54,034 nucleotides of DNA from Candidatus Woesearchaeota archaeon (GCA_038825775.1 JAWBOW010000001.1:1-54034); one strand, 5' to 3'; positions 36,779-46,034 are shown, counted from the first letter of the stretch. Notes: generated by a model from the letters alone, not told the origin. Numbers and translations: made by a program.

Positions 36779-38128
36779 ATGACAAAAAAACAGAATAATT
36801 ATTCAAAAATTCAGGTTAATTATAAAATTAAAAATATGTTTTTATTTGTTTTTAGTTTGTTATTTTGTTTGGTGCTGTTTTTAAAATTAGTTTTTGCTGA
36901 CACTAATAATATAATCATAACAGAAGTTCTATACAACCCAACAGGTTCTGAAAATTGCAGGGAAGCAGTTGAGATTTATAATCCAACAAATAAGGATATT
37001 AACATTGGTGGTTGGTATTTGAGAACAAAAAGCTCATTAAAAGACGCCATTATACCACAAGGAACAATAATAAAATCAAAATCGTACTTTTTAATAGCTG
37101 ATTCTAATTGGAGTAATTGTAAAGAAGATTATTGGCCAAATGCTGATTATGAAGAATCAATAACCCTTGCAAACACTGATGGTGGAGTTGCTTTGGTTGA
37201 TAATTTGGATAATAAAATTGATAGTGTTTGTTGGGGTTCTGTGCAAGAATACTTTTGCGAAGGAGAACCAGCAGTTATTGTTGTTGAAGGAAACTCGATC
37301 TCAAGAAGATTCTTTGATGAAGAATTTATTGACACAGAAAACAATAGTTTTGATTTTTACGAAACAAGGGTTAATTTAAAAAACTCCAACTCAAGCAAAG
37401 AGCTTTCCCTAGAAATAAGTTTTAGTGTTGTTGAAGAAGATATAAGCATATTTAATGTTTCAATAACAGATGATTTAGAAAGAGAGGGCTTTCAAGTTTT
37501 ACCAAAACCAAACTCTGATAAAATAATAGTAATAAGTGCAAAAACAAGTATTAACAATAGCGTTTTAAAGTGTTCTGTTGAAGGTCTTGGCCAGAAAGAA
37601 ATGATTTTTAATAATGGCTCTTATTTTGTTAATTTCTCAATTCCACACTATTTTGAACCAAAGGATTATGAAGTGATCATTTATGCGTATTACAACAACA
37701 GAACAACTTCTTACTCAACAAGTTTTAGTTTTGAAGAGTTACTTGCAATTATGATTGATTCAAAGAATATTGAGTTTGGAAATATTATTAGAGGGGAAGA
37801 AAAAATAATACTTGGTGACAATGACACTTCAACAATACAAAAGCCAACAATAAAGAATATTGGAAATGTTAATGCTAACATAATAATAACAAACACAGAG
37901 TTTTATAAGAACAACACGAACAGCATAAGCTTTCCTAGTGGAATGATAATGTATTCTTTCAGCAATGATTTTTCAAAATTTTATGGTTATTTGAATGAAA
38001 CAAAAATAGTGAACCTAAACATAAAACCAGCAGAAAAGATGCCAATAAACTTTAAGATTTTTGTTCCTGAAGAACAAGAGTTGGGAGTTTATTATGGAAG
38101 TTTAATGATTGGAATGATAAAGAGCTAA
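36779..38128 (+). CDS. secreted lamin-tail-domain (LTD) protein with C-terminal beta-sandwich modules
   Basis: Signal/TM (MFLFVFSLLFCLVLFLKLVFA), then ITEVLYNPTGSENCREAVEIYNPTNKDINIGGWYL, which matches the LTD consensus. SD AGAGGTG upstream. Confidence 0.75.
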   Translation: MTKKQNNYSKIQVNYKIKNMFLFVFSLLFCLVLFLKLVFADTNNIIITEVLYNPTGSENCREAVEIYNPTNKDINIGGWYLRTKSSLKDAIIPQGTIIKSKSYFLIADSNWSNCKEDYWPNADYEESITLANTDGGVALVDNLDNKIDSVCWGSVQEYFCEGEPAVIVVEGNSISRRFFDEEFIDTENNSFDFYETRVNLKNSNSSKELSLEISFSVVEEDISIFNVSITDDLEREGFQVLPKPNSDKIIVISAKTSINNSVLKCSVEGLGQKEMIFNNGSYFVNFSIPHYFEPKDYEVIIYAYYNNRTTSYSTSFSFEELLAIMIDSKNIEFGNIIRGEEKIILGDNDTSTIQKPTIKNIGNVNANIIITNTEFYKNNTNSISFPSGMIMYSFSNDFSKFYGYLNETKIVNLNIKPAEKMPINFKIFVPEEQELGVYYGSLMIGMIKS

Positions 38129-38560
38129 AAATTATTTTGAATCAAAGAGATCTTAGAGAAAAGGTTATAAATGGTAAAATAAGATGGCTGGAAATTTTAA
38201 AAAATTTTTATTTATAATCATTTATAATTTATACAATCATACAAGAAATATTTCAAAAGTTTGGATTTGAAGTTTAAAGAAAAAATATTGAGGGCTAAAA
38301 AAGTGTTTTATTTGCTGTAAATATAAGGCCGGTTTAAAAACTGATATGCCAGATAAAAATAAAAAATGCAAATTAAAATTTTAAAAAGTAAAAGATTGTA
38401 TAAAAAATTTTGAAGAGGAATTTTGAATCAAGATTGAAGAGTAAAAAAGTTCTGATTAAAATACAAAACCTTTTTTGAAAACAAAAAATATTTGTGTAGA
38501 AAACAAAAAAACAAAAAAGAAAAAAATTGAATATTCAAAAATAAAGTCTTTTGGTTTTTT

Positions 38561-39271
38561 GTGCAAAAATCTAAAATGTTTAAAAAAAAAAGAACAGACA
38601 AAAAAATAAATTTCAATAAAATGCGAGTTGAAAATTTTAAACAAAAAAAGTGTTTTAAGCTTTTGTGGTTAACTAATTATTTTTTTATCACACTGGTATT
38701 TTTGTTGTTTATTCTAAAAAACTCTTTTGGACTATCACTAGGTATAAGTCCCCCAACAATAATTTTTGAAGAAGAAGATATTAAAAAACAAGATTATAAG
38801 GAAATAATAATATTTAACCCGAACGATGAAGGATTTTTTATTATTTCTGAATCCAAAAATTACAGAATTGTTCCAAAAAACTTTTTCATAAGCAGTGAAA
38901 ATCAAAAGAGCGTAAAAATTTTTGCTGATTCTTGCGTGAATGAAAACATAACATTCTTCCTTAATTCAAACACAAACCTATTTCCTGCACTAAAATTAGC
39001 TGTTCTTTGCAACAAAACAATAAAAGAAAATAATCTGAAAATTCAGGAGAACTTTAATAATTATGATTTGAGTGCTGAGAATTCTGGAATTGAAAGTTTA
39101 GAATCAGAATTAAATAAGCAAAAAAACAAACCAAACAAAATGATAGGTTTTTTTGTTTCGTTTAGCATAGTAATTTCAGGACTTTTAGTTTATTTCTCAC
39201 TAAACAAAAGAGAATTCAGGAAGATTAAAAGAATAGTTAAGGAATTTTTAAGAGAGGAAACTGATTTTTAG
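38561..39271 (+). CDS. membrane-anchored hypothetical protein (N-terminal signal, C-terminal TM)
   Basis: 236-aa ORF with hydrophobic segments at both ends and a beta-rich middle (ISPPTIIFEE..KEIIIFNPNDEGFFII). The start is uncertain (GTG 38561, ATG 38576 or ATG 38621). Confidence 0.6.
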   Translation: MQKSKMFKKKRTDKKINFNKMRVENFKQKKCFKLLWLTNYFFITLVFLLFILKNSFGLSLGISPPTIIFEEEDIKKQDYKEIIIFNPNDEGFFIISESKNYRIVPKNFFISSENQKSVKIFADSCVNENITFFLNSNTNLFPALKLAVLCNKTIKENNLKIQENFNNYDLSAENSGIESLESELNKQKNKPNKMIGFFVSFSIVISGLLVYFSLNKREFRKIKRIVKEFLREETDF

Positions 39272-39782
39272 TTTTTTAAGTGAAAAATTAGTTTTTTAAT
39301 AAGTGTTTTGGTTGCGAGCAAGAATAAAACAAAAAATAAAATCAAAGACAAATATAAAATAAGATTTATTCAAAAATTTTAGAACAAAAATGTTTGAAGA
39401 AAAAACATAAATAGAACACCAAAAGAAATAAAAAATAATAAAAAATTGTAAAAATAAAATTTTTTAGTGTGGACTAAAGAATAAAAAATGGCATAAAGAA
39501 AATCTAAAAATAAAAAATTATTATAAAGAACCAGGGATGGCAAATAGTAGGGGAGTTTGTATTTTTGGCGACAGAATTACTTTCATTCAAAAAAATAGGA
39601 AATAAAAAAGTAAAAATAAGAAAAAATTATAAAAATAATAAGAAAAAAATTGTTTTTGAGATTTAATTTTAGGATTAAAAACATAACACATGAGAAAAAT
39701 AAATTTTAAATTTTAAGAAATAAAAAAGTATAGAACTAAAATGGTTTCTTATAAATACTATTGTTTTTAGTTCAATTTTAAT

Positions 39783-40466
39783 TCAAATGTATCTTTGTAT
39801 TTTTTCATAAACTTCTCTTTTTGAAATAAAGAAATACTCTCCTGGCCTCAGATTTTTTAGTGTAAAACCATCAATTCTAATTCTCTTCAACTTATTAATC
39901 CTGTAACCCATTCTTGAAAAAATTCTTTTTAGAATGTGTTTTTCTCCATGACTAATGATTATTTTTAACCTTGTCCTTGATTTGTTTATTGAATGAATTT
40001 TAACATTCATTCTCCTGCCATCAACCACTAACTCATTAATCCTCTTAAAATCCTTAGTATCAAACTGCTTGTTAAGTTTAATCTCGTATTCCTTCTCAAC
40101 TTTGAATCTTGGGTGTGTTAAAATATTTATGACATAACCGTCATTGGTTAAAAACAATAATCCTTCTGCATCCTTGTCAAGTCTTCCTGCAAAATCAATT
40201 TTTTGTTTAACATTAACAAAATCGAGAATGTTTGGTCTTTCAATCATTGAGGTTGTTGTTATGACATTCTTTGGCTTGTAAAAGATTATGTAAATGTTTT
40301 TTTCAGGTAAAATTATGCTTTCATCTATTCTTACTTTGTCAAAATCTTTTACTTCTTGATTCTTTGTTGCTTTCAACCCATTAATAGTTACCCTTCCATT
40401 CTCTATTAATTCTGAGATTTTTCTCCTTGGAATTCCTGATTTTGAAAGGTATTCTTCAATTTTCAT
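39783..40466 (-). CDS. pseudouridine synthase, RsuA/RluB family, with an N-terminal S4 domain
   Basis: S4-like MKIEEYLSKSGIPRRKISELIENGRVTINGL and the catalytic motif GRLDKDAEGLLFLTNDG. Confidence 0.85.
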   Translation of the reverse strand: MKIEEYLSKSGIPRRKISELIENGRVTINGLKATKNQEVKDFDKVRIDESIILPEKNIYIIFYKPKNVITTTSMIERPNILDFVNVKQKIDFAGRLDKDAEGLLFLTNDGYVINILTHPRFKVEKEYEIKLNKQFDTKDFKRINELVVDGRRMNVKIHSINKSRTRLKIIISHGEKHILKRIFSRMGYRINKLKRIRIDGFTLKNLRPGEYFFISKREVYEKIQRYI

Positions 40467-40511
40467 AATAACCTCACAATAACCTAACGATCAAAAATAT
40501 TTTTTGCTTTG

Positions 40512-42083
40512 TTACAAATCCTCAAAATCTTGTAAAAATCTCTTTATTGGAATATTTTCCTTGTCCTTCGTGTTTTTAAAATCAGCATCTATTTGTTCCT
40601 TAACTTTCAAAGCTGTTTTCTCTCCAAGCAGTTTTGAAAGGATTGAATAAGGAGTTTTTTTAAGATCACTAATTGTTTTTATGTTATTGTTATAAAGCTT
40701 TCTAGCTCTTATTCTTCCTATGCCTTCAACCTTTAATAACGGCAACAACTCTTCCTTAACACCATACCTCAATCTTAATCTCGTCTTATTTATTTTAGTT
40801 AGGATGCTCTTTAATTTTAATATAACAGCAATTTCATGACAAGCGTAGAGAAGCCAATCAAGGATTTCTATCTTTGAGTGAAGCTCTCCCGGCCTTATAG
40901 AGTATTTCTCCAGAAGGTATTCCTCATCAATTTCATTAATCCAATCATAAAAAACCATTGCTGTTTTAAAAGCATTAAGAAAATCATCATACTCTTCATC
41001 ATAAGAATTTGGTATTTCTTCTAAAATTTCGTCTTGAAATTTTGTCAAAAGTTCTTCATAATCCTCAAACTCTCTTACTTTAACGTTTAAGTAAGGCCTG
41101 AGTTCTAAGGTGTGAGTGCACAGTTGCAAAAATGAGAATTCTGTTTTTTCCTTTTTTTTCAAAAGATTCTTTATTAAGTAACGTGCTGTTAATGGGTCTA
41201 AGTAAAGCTCGGCAACCCTTTTTCCCAACAAAGTTGCCCTGAACTTTTCCTCATCACTAAATTCAAAAGCGGTTTTAAAATCATCAGAATCACTGGTTAT
41301 AAAATCCCACTTTTTTAACAAAACCAAGTTTTTGTTTATTAACTCCTCAATCTTCCTAAAATCTCCAAATTGAAAAGCCCAAAATGTTTTCTTAAAAAAA
41401 TCATAAATCTCTGATTTTGTTCTCGTAATATTAGTTGATATCAAACTTAACAAGTAAGTCCTAAAAACTGGTTCAACAGCTAGTTTTGAATAAATTTCTT
41501 CTGGCTCTCCAAGAATAAAGTGTTCTACCAAATCCCTTATTTCTGATTCAGAGTTTGCAAAGCAAATTGCTTGTCCTTCACTATCATACTTTGGCCTTCC
41601 TGCTCTTCCAAACATCTGCTGAACTTCTAAAACAGGAATCCAAGTCATTCCTCTCAAAGAGTATCTCTTTAAATCCCTCACTATCACCCTAAATGCTGGA
41701 AGATCAACTCCAAAGGCCAGTGTTGGGGTGCAACAAATAACTTTTATAATTCCACTCCTAAAATTTTCCTCTATCAAATGCCTTTGTTTTGCGACTAGGC
41801 CTGAATGGTGAAAAGCAATTCCTGATTTTAAGCAATAAGCCAATTTTTCGCACTGCTTTGTTGGTCTTGGCAGAACATTTAAAACTTCATCCGAGAGAAT
41901 TTTGTATTGTTCTGATTTTAGCTTTAGATTTTTAGCTATTAACTCTGCTGTTTTTTCAGCTCTCTGCTTTGTGTTAACAAAAACCAAAGCTTGTTTTCCA
42001 AGCTTTACCGTATCATAAATTATATCAAGTAAGTTGTCCTCGAATTTTTCCTCTATTTTAACAACTTCCTTTTTTATCTTCAT
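40512..42083 (-). CDS. Hel308/Ski2-like helicase, C-terminal portion only (RecA2 + WH + ratchet + HhH); RecA1 half not encoded here
   Basis: Starts at the RecA2 motifs (ALVFVNTKQRAE, HHSGL, TPTLAFGVDLPA, QMFGRAGRP) and ends with the HhH EGIGRIRARKLY. There is no GxGKT, DExH or SAT anywhere. A TATA-like TTTTAAATAC lies about 20 nt upstream of the ATG. Confidence 0.8.
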   Translation of the reverse strand: MKIKKEVVKIEEKFEDNLLDIIYDTVKLGKQALVFVNTKQRAEKTAELIAKNLKLKSEQYKILSDEVLNVLPRPTKQCEKLAYCLKSGIAFHHSGLVAKQRHLIEENFRSGIIKVICCTPTLAFGVDLPAFRVIVRDLKRYSLRGMTWIPVLEVQQMFGRAGRPKYDSEGQAICFANSESEIRDLVEHFILGEPEEIYSKLAVEPVFRTYLLSLISTNITRTKSEIYDFFKKTFWAFQFGDFRKIEELINKNLVLLKKWDFITSDSDDFKTAFEFSDEEKFRATLLGKRVAELYLDPLTARYLIKNLLKKKEKTEFSFLQLCTHTLELRPYLNVKVREFEDYEELLTKFQDEILEEIPNSYDEEYDDFLNAFKTAMVFYDWINEIDEEYLLEKYSIRPGELHSKIEILDWLLYACHEIAVILKLKSILTKINKTRLRLRYGVKEELLPLLKVEGIGRIRARKLYNNNIKTISDLKKTPYSILSKLLGEKTALKVKEQIDADFKNTKDKENIPIKRFLQDFEDL

Positions 42084-42178
42084 ATTTGTTTTGAAAATTT
42101 TTGTATTTAAAATTCTTTTTTTTATTTTTTATTTTTTTAAAACAAAAATTTTTTTATTAAGCAATAAAAAAAGAAAGA

Positions 42179-42186
42179 TTTAAATA
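42179..42186 (+). promoter_or_regulatory. TATA box TTTAAATA, 25 nt before the ATG at 42212 (leaderless geometry)
   Basis: Consensus archaeal TATA with spacing consistent with a leaderless transcript for the small Cys-containing ORF. Confidence 0.45.
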
Positions 42187-42211
42187 TAAGTTTTTTTTAA
42201 AAAATTATTTA

Positions 42212-42373
42212 ATGAACATTACAAGCGAGCAAACAGAAGAAGAGTTTTCAGAACTTTGTTCTTTATGCAAATTTAGAGATCAATGTAATGATTATATTAT
42301 GAGCAAAAATTCTAACATGAAAGGTTTTTCTGTTTTTATAATTGAGTGCCCAAATTATAAAAGAGAAGAATAA
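42212..42373 (+). CDS. possible 53-aa Cys-containing mini-protein
   Basis: MNITSEQTEEEFSELCSLCKFRDQCNDYIMSKNSNMKGFSVFIIECPNYKREE (CxxC-x5-C-x20-C) with a TATA box at the right distance. No SD. Below the track cut-off. Confidence 0.4.
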   Translation: MNITSEQTEEEFSELCSLCKFRDQCNDYIMSKNSNMKGFSVFIIECPNYKREE

Positions 42374-42422
42374 AAGTTTTTTATCAAAAAAAATTTCTTC
42401 TAAAAAAAATTATAATAAAGTA

Positions 42423-42544
42423 TAGCCCCGCCCGGATTCGAACCGGGGTCCCAGGCTTTCTCCAAAATCAAATTTTTAATTTTTTAGTTTTTTAATTTTG
42501 ATTTTTCCAAAGGCCTGGATGATTGGCCGCTACACCACGGGGCT
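42423..42544 (-). tRNA. tRNA-Gln (anticodon UUG) with a 49-nt intron at position 37/38
   Basis: Acceptor AGCCCCG/CGGGGCT (A1-U72), anticodon stem CAGGC/GCCTG, loop CTTTGG|intron|A, T arm CCCGG-TTCGAAT-CCGGG. The A/T-rich intron contains the hairpin AAAATCAAA/TTTGATTTT. Mature length is 73 nt. Confidence 0.8.
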
Positions 42545-42693
42545 GAAATGCAAAAATTTTTTTATTAGTAAAAGTAAAAAATTCTATTAGTGGAAATTTG
42601 TTTTGTATTTAAAAATGTTTTGCTAAACTTAAATTTAAATTTTTAATACTAAAATTTAAATAGTGCATTTGTTTATAAAAGAAGTGGGGTGTT

Positions 42694-43428
42694 ATGAAAG
42701 GCATTTTTGTAATGGTTGATGGACTTGACGCGTCTGGAAAATCAGTAATAATAAATGCTTTTAAAGAATGGAGTTCTATGAAAAAATTAAGAATTCTTGT
42801 TCTAAAGGATTATTGTGAAGAACACAAAAACCTGCCAGAGCCAGAAGAAATCCAAGATTATGATGTTATAATAAGCAATGAGCCAACAGATGCTCTTGTT
42901 GGAAAAGCTATTAGGGAAGAACTCATAAAGCAAAACTCTCGAGATTACAGTGCAGCAACAATAGCACAAGCATTTTCTTTGGATAGAGAAATACTATATA
43001 AAAGAGTAATAATTCCTGCAATAAAACAAAACAAACTAATTTTTCAGGACAGGGGAGTTGTCTCTTCTTTTGTTTATCAACCAGTTCAAGAACACATACC
43101 ACTCAATGAATTGATAAAACTTCCTGGAAACAGATTAGCTTTGGAGTATGCTCCTAATCTGTTAATAATTACAAAGGTTTCTCCAGAAGTTGTTATGGAA
43201 AGAATCGAAAAGAAGGGAATGAGTGCTGCAACAATTTTTACAAACTTATTATTCCAAAGAAAGATTTCTGAAAGATACAACAGCATTTGGCTTAGAGAAT
43301 TATTTGAAAAGTTTGGAACAAGGATAGTTTATATTTCAACAGAGCCGCCGTTAACAGAAGAAGACACTAAGAGAAAAGCAATTGAAGTATTAGAAGAGTT
43401 CCTAAAAAGTTCTGGAAGAAGTTTTTAA
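42694..43428 (+). CDS. tmk: thymidylate kinase family protein
   Basis: P-loop DGLDASGKS, NEPTDALVGKAIREEL (cf. REPGGT..G..iR) and DRGVVSSFVYQ (cf. DRy..Ss.AYQ). SD GGGGTG upstream. Confidence 0.75.
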   Translation: MKGIFVMVDGLDASGKSVIINAFKEWSSMKKLRILVLKDYCEEHKNLPEPEEIQDYDVIISNEPTDALVGKAIREELIKQNSRDYSAATIAQAFSLDREILYKRVIIPAIKQNKLIFQDRGVVSSFVYQPVQEHIPLNELIKLPGNRLALEYAPNLLIITKVSPEVVMERIEKKGMSAATIFTNLLFQRKISERYNSIWLRELFEKFGTRIVYISTEPPLTEEDTKRKAIEVLEEFLKSSGRSF

Positions 43429-43559
43429 AAAGAATTTTAGAACAAAAATTTAAAATAAAAAATCATAATTTGTTTTTTTAGCTTTTTATTGGTTTTTGTT
43501 CCTAACAAATTTTTGATCAACTCTTAAAATTATACTCTTCTCTGCTTGCTTGTAAAAAA

Positions 43560-43736
43560 TCATTCGAGAATATTAGTTTCTATTAACTCATTTATTTCCT
43601 CATCCTCTGTTTTTATTTCTGAAATCTCACCTTGTTTCTGCTCTTCCTTTTTTTCGCTCTTAAAGAACTGGTCCAATCTTTTGTTACTAATCATCGTCTT
43701 AAAACTAATGTGTTGTTCTATCACCCTTTCTCTCAT
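43560..43736 (-). CDS. possible 58-aa hypothetical protein
   Basis: MRERVIEQHISFKTMISNKRLDQFFKSEKKEEQKQGEISEIKTEDEEINELIETNILE. Its amino-acid usage is typical of genes in this window, unlike the antisense track ORF 43546..43749, which is S/F/L/C-rich shadow sequence. Confidence 0.35.
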   Translation of the reverse strand: MRERVIEQHISFKTMISNKRLDQFFKSEKKEEQKQGEISEIKTEDEEINELIETNILE

Positions 43737-43898
43737 AAATTTTTCCTAAAATTAACTAATATTTAAATAAATTCAATATTTAAAATATAAATTAAAAAAA
43801 AGATTTAGCAAAGATATTTTAAAAGTATAATAAAAACCACTTTTTTGGAGCAACAAAAAAATTATGAAAGAAAAACAAAAAATAAAAGATTAAAAAAA

Positions 43899-44387
43899 TT
43901 ATTTTTGGATAAAATTAAAGATTGGTGTTGTTTTATCACTTATTAATTCTAAACTTTTAGCATCAAACTTTAAATTAATAACCTTAAATGTTTGAGTTAT
44001 AAATATGATATTCCAAATTATTCCATCTTGGTTTTGAAGAATCATTATTGTCTTATAAACATCATCTTTTGGGTATTTTTTCTTTTGGTAATCAGAAGCA
44101 ACATTTAAAGCATCATTAAGCTCTGAAACATCATTCAAGAATAACTGCTTCAACTCCTTTTTCTCCTTATTCATTATCTTGCTATCCTTAACAACCAAAA
44201 CATAATTCTTAGAATAACTAAAACTTGTTATTGTATTTTTTATTTTGTTATAATAATCAATTTGTATCTCGTTTGGCTTGTCAGACACATAAAAGAAACT
44301 CACCAAGTAATCATCCTTATTATTTGCTCTCCAATCCAAAAACTCTCTTGTTTTTTCAAGTTCTTTTAAAGAATCAAAAATTTTCAT
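43899..44387 (-). CDS. hypothetical protein, ~162 aa
   Basis: ORF with no family recognised. ATG at 44387 preferred over the TTG at 44393. Confidence 0.6.
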   Translation of the reverse strand: MKIFDSLKELEKTREFLDWRANNKDDYLVSFFYVSDKPNEIQIDYYNKIKNTITSFSYSKNYVLVVKDSKIMNKEKKELKQLFLNDVSELNDALNVASDYQKKKYPKDDVYKTIMILQNQDGIIWNIIFITQTFKVINLKFDAKSLELISDKTTPIFNFIQK

Positions 44388-44477
44388 AACCAATTAAGAA
44401 TTTTATTTTTTATTATAAATCTTTTGTTTTTGATAAGATAATTTTTTAAACTATTAATAAAATCATTTTTTAACATA

Positions 44478-45449
44478 ATGAAAAAAAACAAAATCAACAT
44501 GGAGGATTTTAAGAAAACCCTAACAAAACAACATTATGGAATTGTAGGTAATCACAGTGCTGTAAAGATCTGCGAGTGGACTAAAAAATCCTTGCTTGAT
44601 AAGGATTTTTGTTACAAACAAAAATTTTATGGCATAAGATCGCATCTTTGCTGTCAAATGTCACCTGCACTTGGTTTTTGCAGCAATAAATGCTTGTTCT
44701 GTTGGAGGGCAATAGAATACACTCTTGATAATAAAATGAATTTTAAGGTTGACAATCCAGAAGAAATCATTAAGGGTTGTATTGAAGCTCAAAGAAAACT
44801 ATTGTCTGGTTTTGGTGGAAATCCAAAAGTTAATAAGAAAAAATTTTTTGAAGCACAAGAACCAATGCACTTTGCAATCTCTCTTACAGGAGAACCAACC
44901 ATTTATCCAAAACTTGATTTGTTAATAAAAAAACTGCATTCTTTGGGAAAAACAACATTTTTAGTAACAAATGGTTTATACCCAAAAGCCTTAAAGAATT
45001 TGGATGAGAAAGATGCTTTGCCAACACAACTTTACATTTCTTTAACAGCCCCTGATGAAAAAACATACTTTAAAGTTGATAGGCCTGTCTTTAAAGATGC
45101 TTGGAAGAGATTAAATAAAAGCTTAGAATTCATGAGTTCTGTGAAGGGAAAAACAAGGACTGTTGTTAGAATGACTGTGATAAGAGGTATTAACATGTTT
45201 AATCCAGAAGGTTATGCTTTGTTGTTGAAAAAAGCAAATCCTGATTTTTTAGAAGTTAAAGCTTACATGCATGTTGGTTTTTCAAGGAACAGATTAAAAA
45301 TTCAGAACATGCCAACCCATAAGGAAGTTAAAGAATTCGGAATAAATATTGGAGGACTTATTGATTACAAAATTGTTGATGAAAAGGAAAACAGCAGGGT
45401 CGTTTTGTTAATGAAAGAGGACTCTCCTGAGAGAATCATGAAGTTTTAG
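44478..45449 (+). CDS. taw1: tRNA 4-demethylwyosine synthase (radical SAM, Taw1/TYW1)
   Basis: Radical-SAM cluster CSNKCLFCW preceded by the auxiliary Cys region (CYKQKFYGIRSHLCCQMSP) typical of Taw1; 323 aa. Confidence 0.85.
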   Translation: MKKNKINMEDFKKTLTKQHYGIVGNHSAVKICEWTKKSLLDKDFCYKQKFYGIRSHLCCQMSPALGFCSNKCLFCWRAIEYTLDNKMNFKVDNPEEIIKGCIEAQRKLLSGFGGNPKVNKKKFFEAQEPMHFAISLTGEPTIYPKLDLLIKKLHSLGKTTFLVTNGLYPKALKNLDEKDALPTQLYISLTAPDEKTYFKVDRPVFKDAWKRLNKSLEFMSSVKGKTRTVVRMTVIRGINMFNPEGYALLLKKANPDFLEVKAYMHVGFSRNRLKIQNMPTHKEVKEFGINIGGLIDYKIVDEKENSRVVLLMKEDSPERIMKF

Positions 45450-45452
45450 TTT

Positions 45453-45782
45453 TTATAAAATTCTACAACCATTCGGAACTTTTCTTTCTGGTTGTAATAA
45501 AACAACTTCTTGGTTTTCAAGAACAACTCCTAAAATTAAACATTCAGAGATAAAATCAGCAATCTGCTTCTTTGGAAGATTAACAACAGCAATCACTTGT
45601 TTTCCAATAAGTTCTTCCTTAGAATAAAGTTTTGTTATTTGAGCACTTGATCTTTTTATTCCAAAAGAACCAAAATCAATTTCAAGCTTGTAAGAAGGAT
45701 TTTTTGCTTTTGGAAAATCCTCAACCTTTAATATTGTTCCAACACGAATTTCTAATTTTTCAAAATCTTGGTATGAGATCAT
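45453..45782 (-). CDS. tRNA-binding OB-fold protein (CsaA/Trbp111-like)
   Basis: 109 aa. FEKLEIRVGTILKVEDFPKAKNPSYKLEIDFG.. matches the tRNA-binding-domain pattern. Confidence 0.8.
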   Translation of the reverse strand: MISYQDFEKLEIRVGTILKVEDFPKAKNPSYKLEIDFGSFGIKRSSAQITKLYSKEELIGKQVIAVVNLPKKQIADFISECLILGVVLENQEVVLLQPERKVPNGCRIL

Positions 45783-45802
45783 AAATTAAAAAAATTTTTT
45801 GG

Positions 45803-45988
45803 TTAATCATCAACAACCTTTATTGCTTGCTCAGGGCATTGGACTTCACAAGCTCTGCAGCCAATACAAGCTTTTGGATTTTTAACCACAACCTTATTGT
45901 TTTCTTTTGCAAAAACATTCATTGGACAAATCTCGACGCAAACAAAGTTTGACTTGCACTTCTTATAATCAACAACTGGATGACTCAT
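45803..45988 (-). CDS. small ferredoxin (4Fe-4S dicluster type, first cluster motif atypical)
   Basis: 61 aa. One canonical CIGCRACEVQCP and one non-canonical CKSNFVCVEICP. Confidence 0.8.
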   Translation of the reverse strand: MSHPVVDYKKCKSNFVCVEICPMNVFAKENNKVVVKNPKACIGCRACEVQCPEQAIKVVDD

Positions 45989-46034
45989 AAAAAAAACACC
46001 TCCTGAATTTTATTCTTAAATTCAATTCATAAAA

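Noticed and set aside
39272-39782. Long A-rich spacers (also 38129-38560 and 48288-48604) with recurring GAAATAAAAAAGTA-like strings, considered as a CRISPR array or a replication origin with ORB repeats.
   Set aside because: There are no regularly spaced direct repeats of 24-40 bp and no conserved dyad elements. No orc1/cdc6 or cas genes are nearby. The recurrences are what low-complexity A/T DNA produces by chance.
43546-43749. 67-aa plus-strand ORF.
   Set aside because: It gives an S/F/L/C-rich translation with no signals. The opposite strand carries a more gene-like 58-aa ORF, itself only low confidence.
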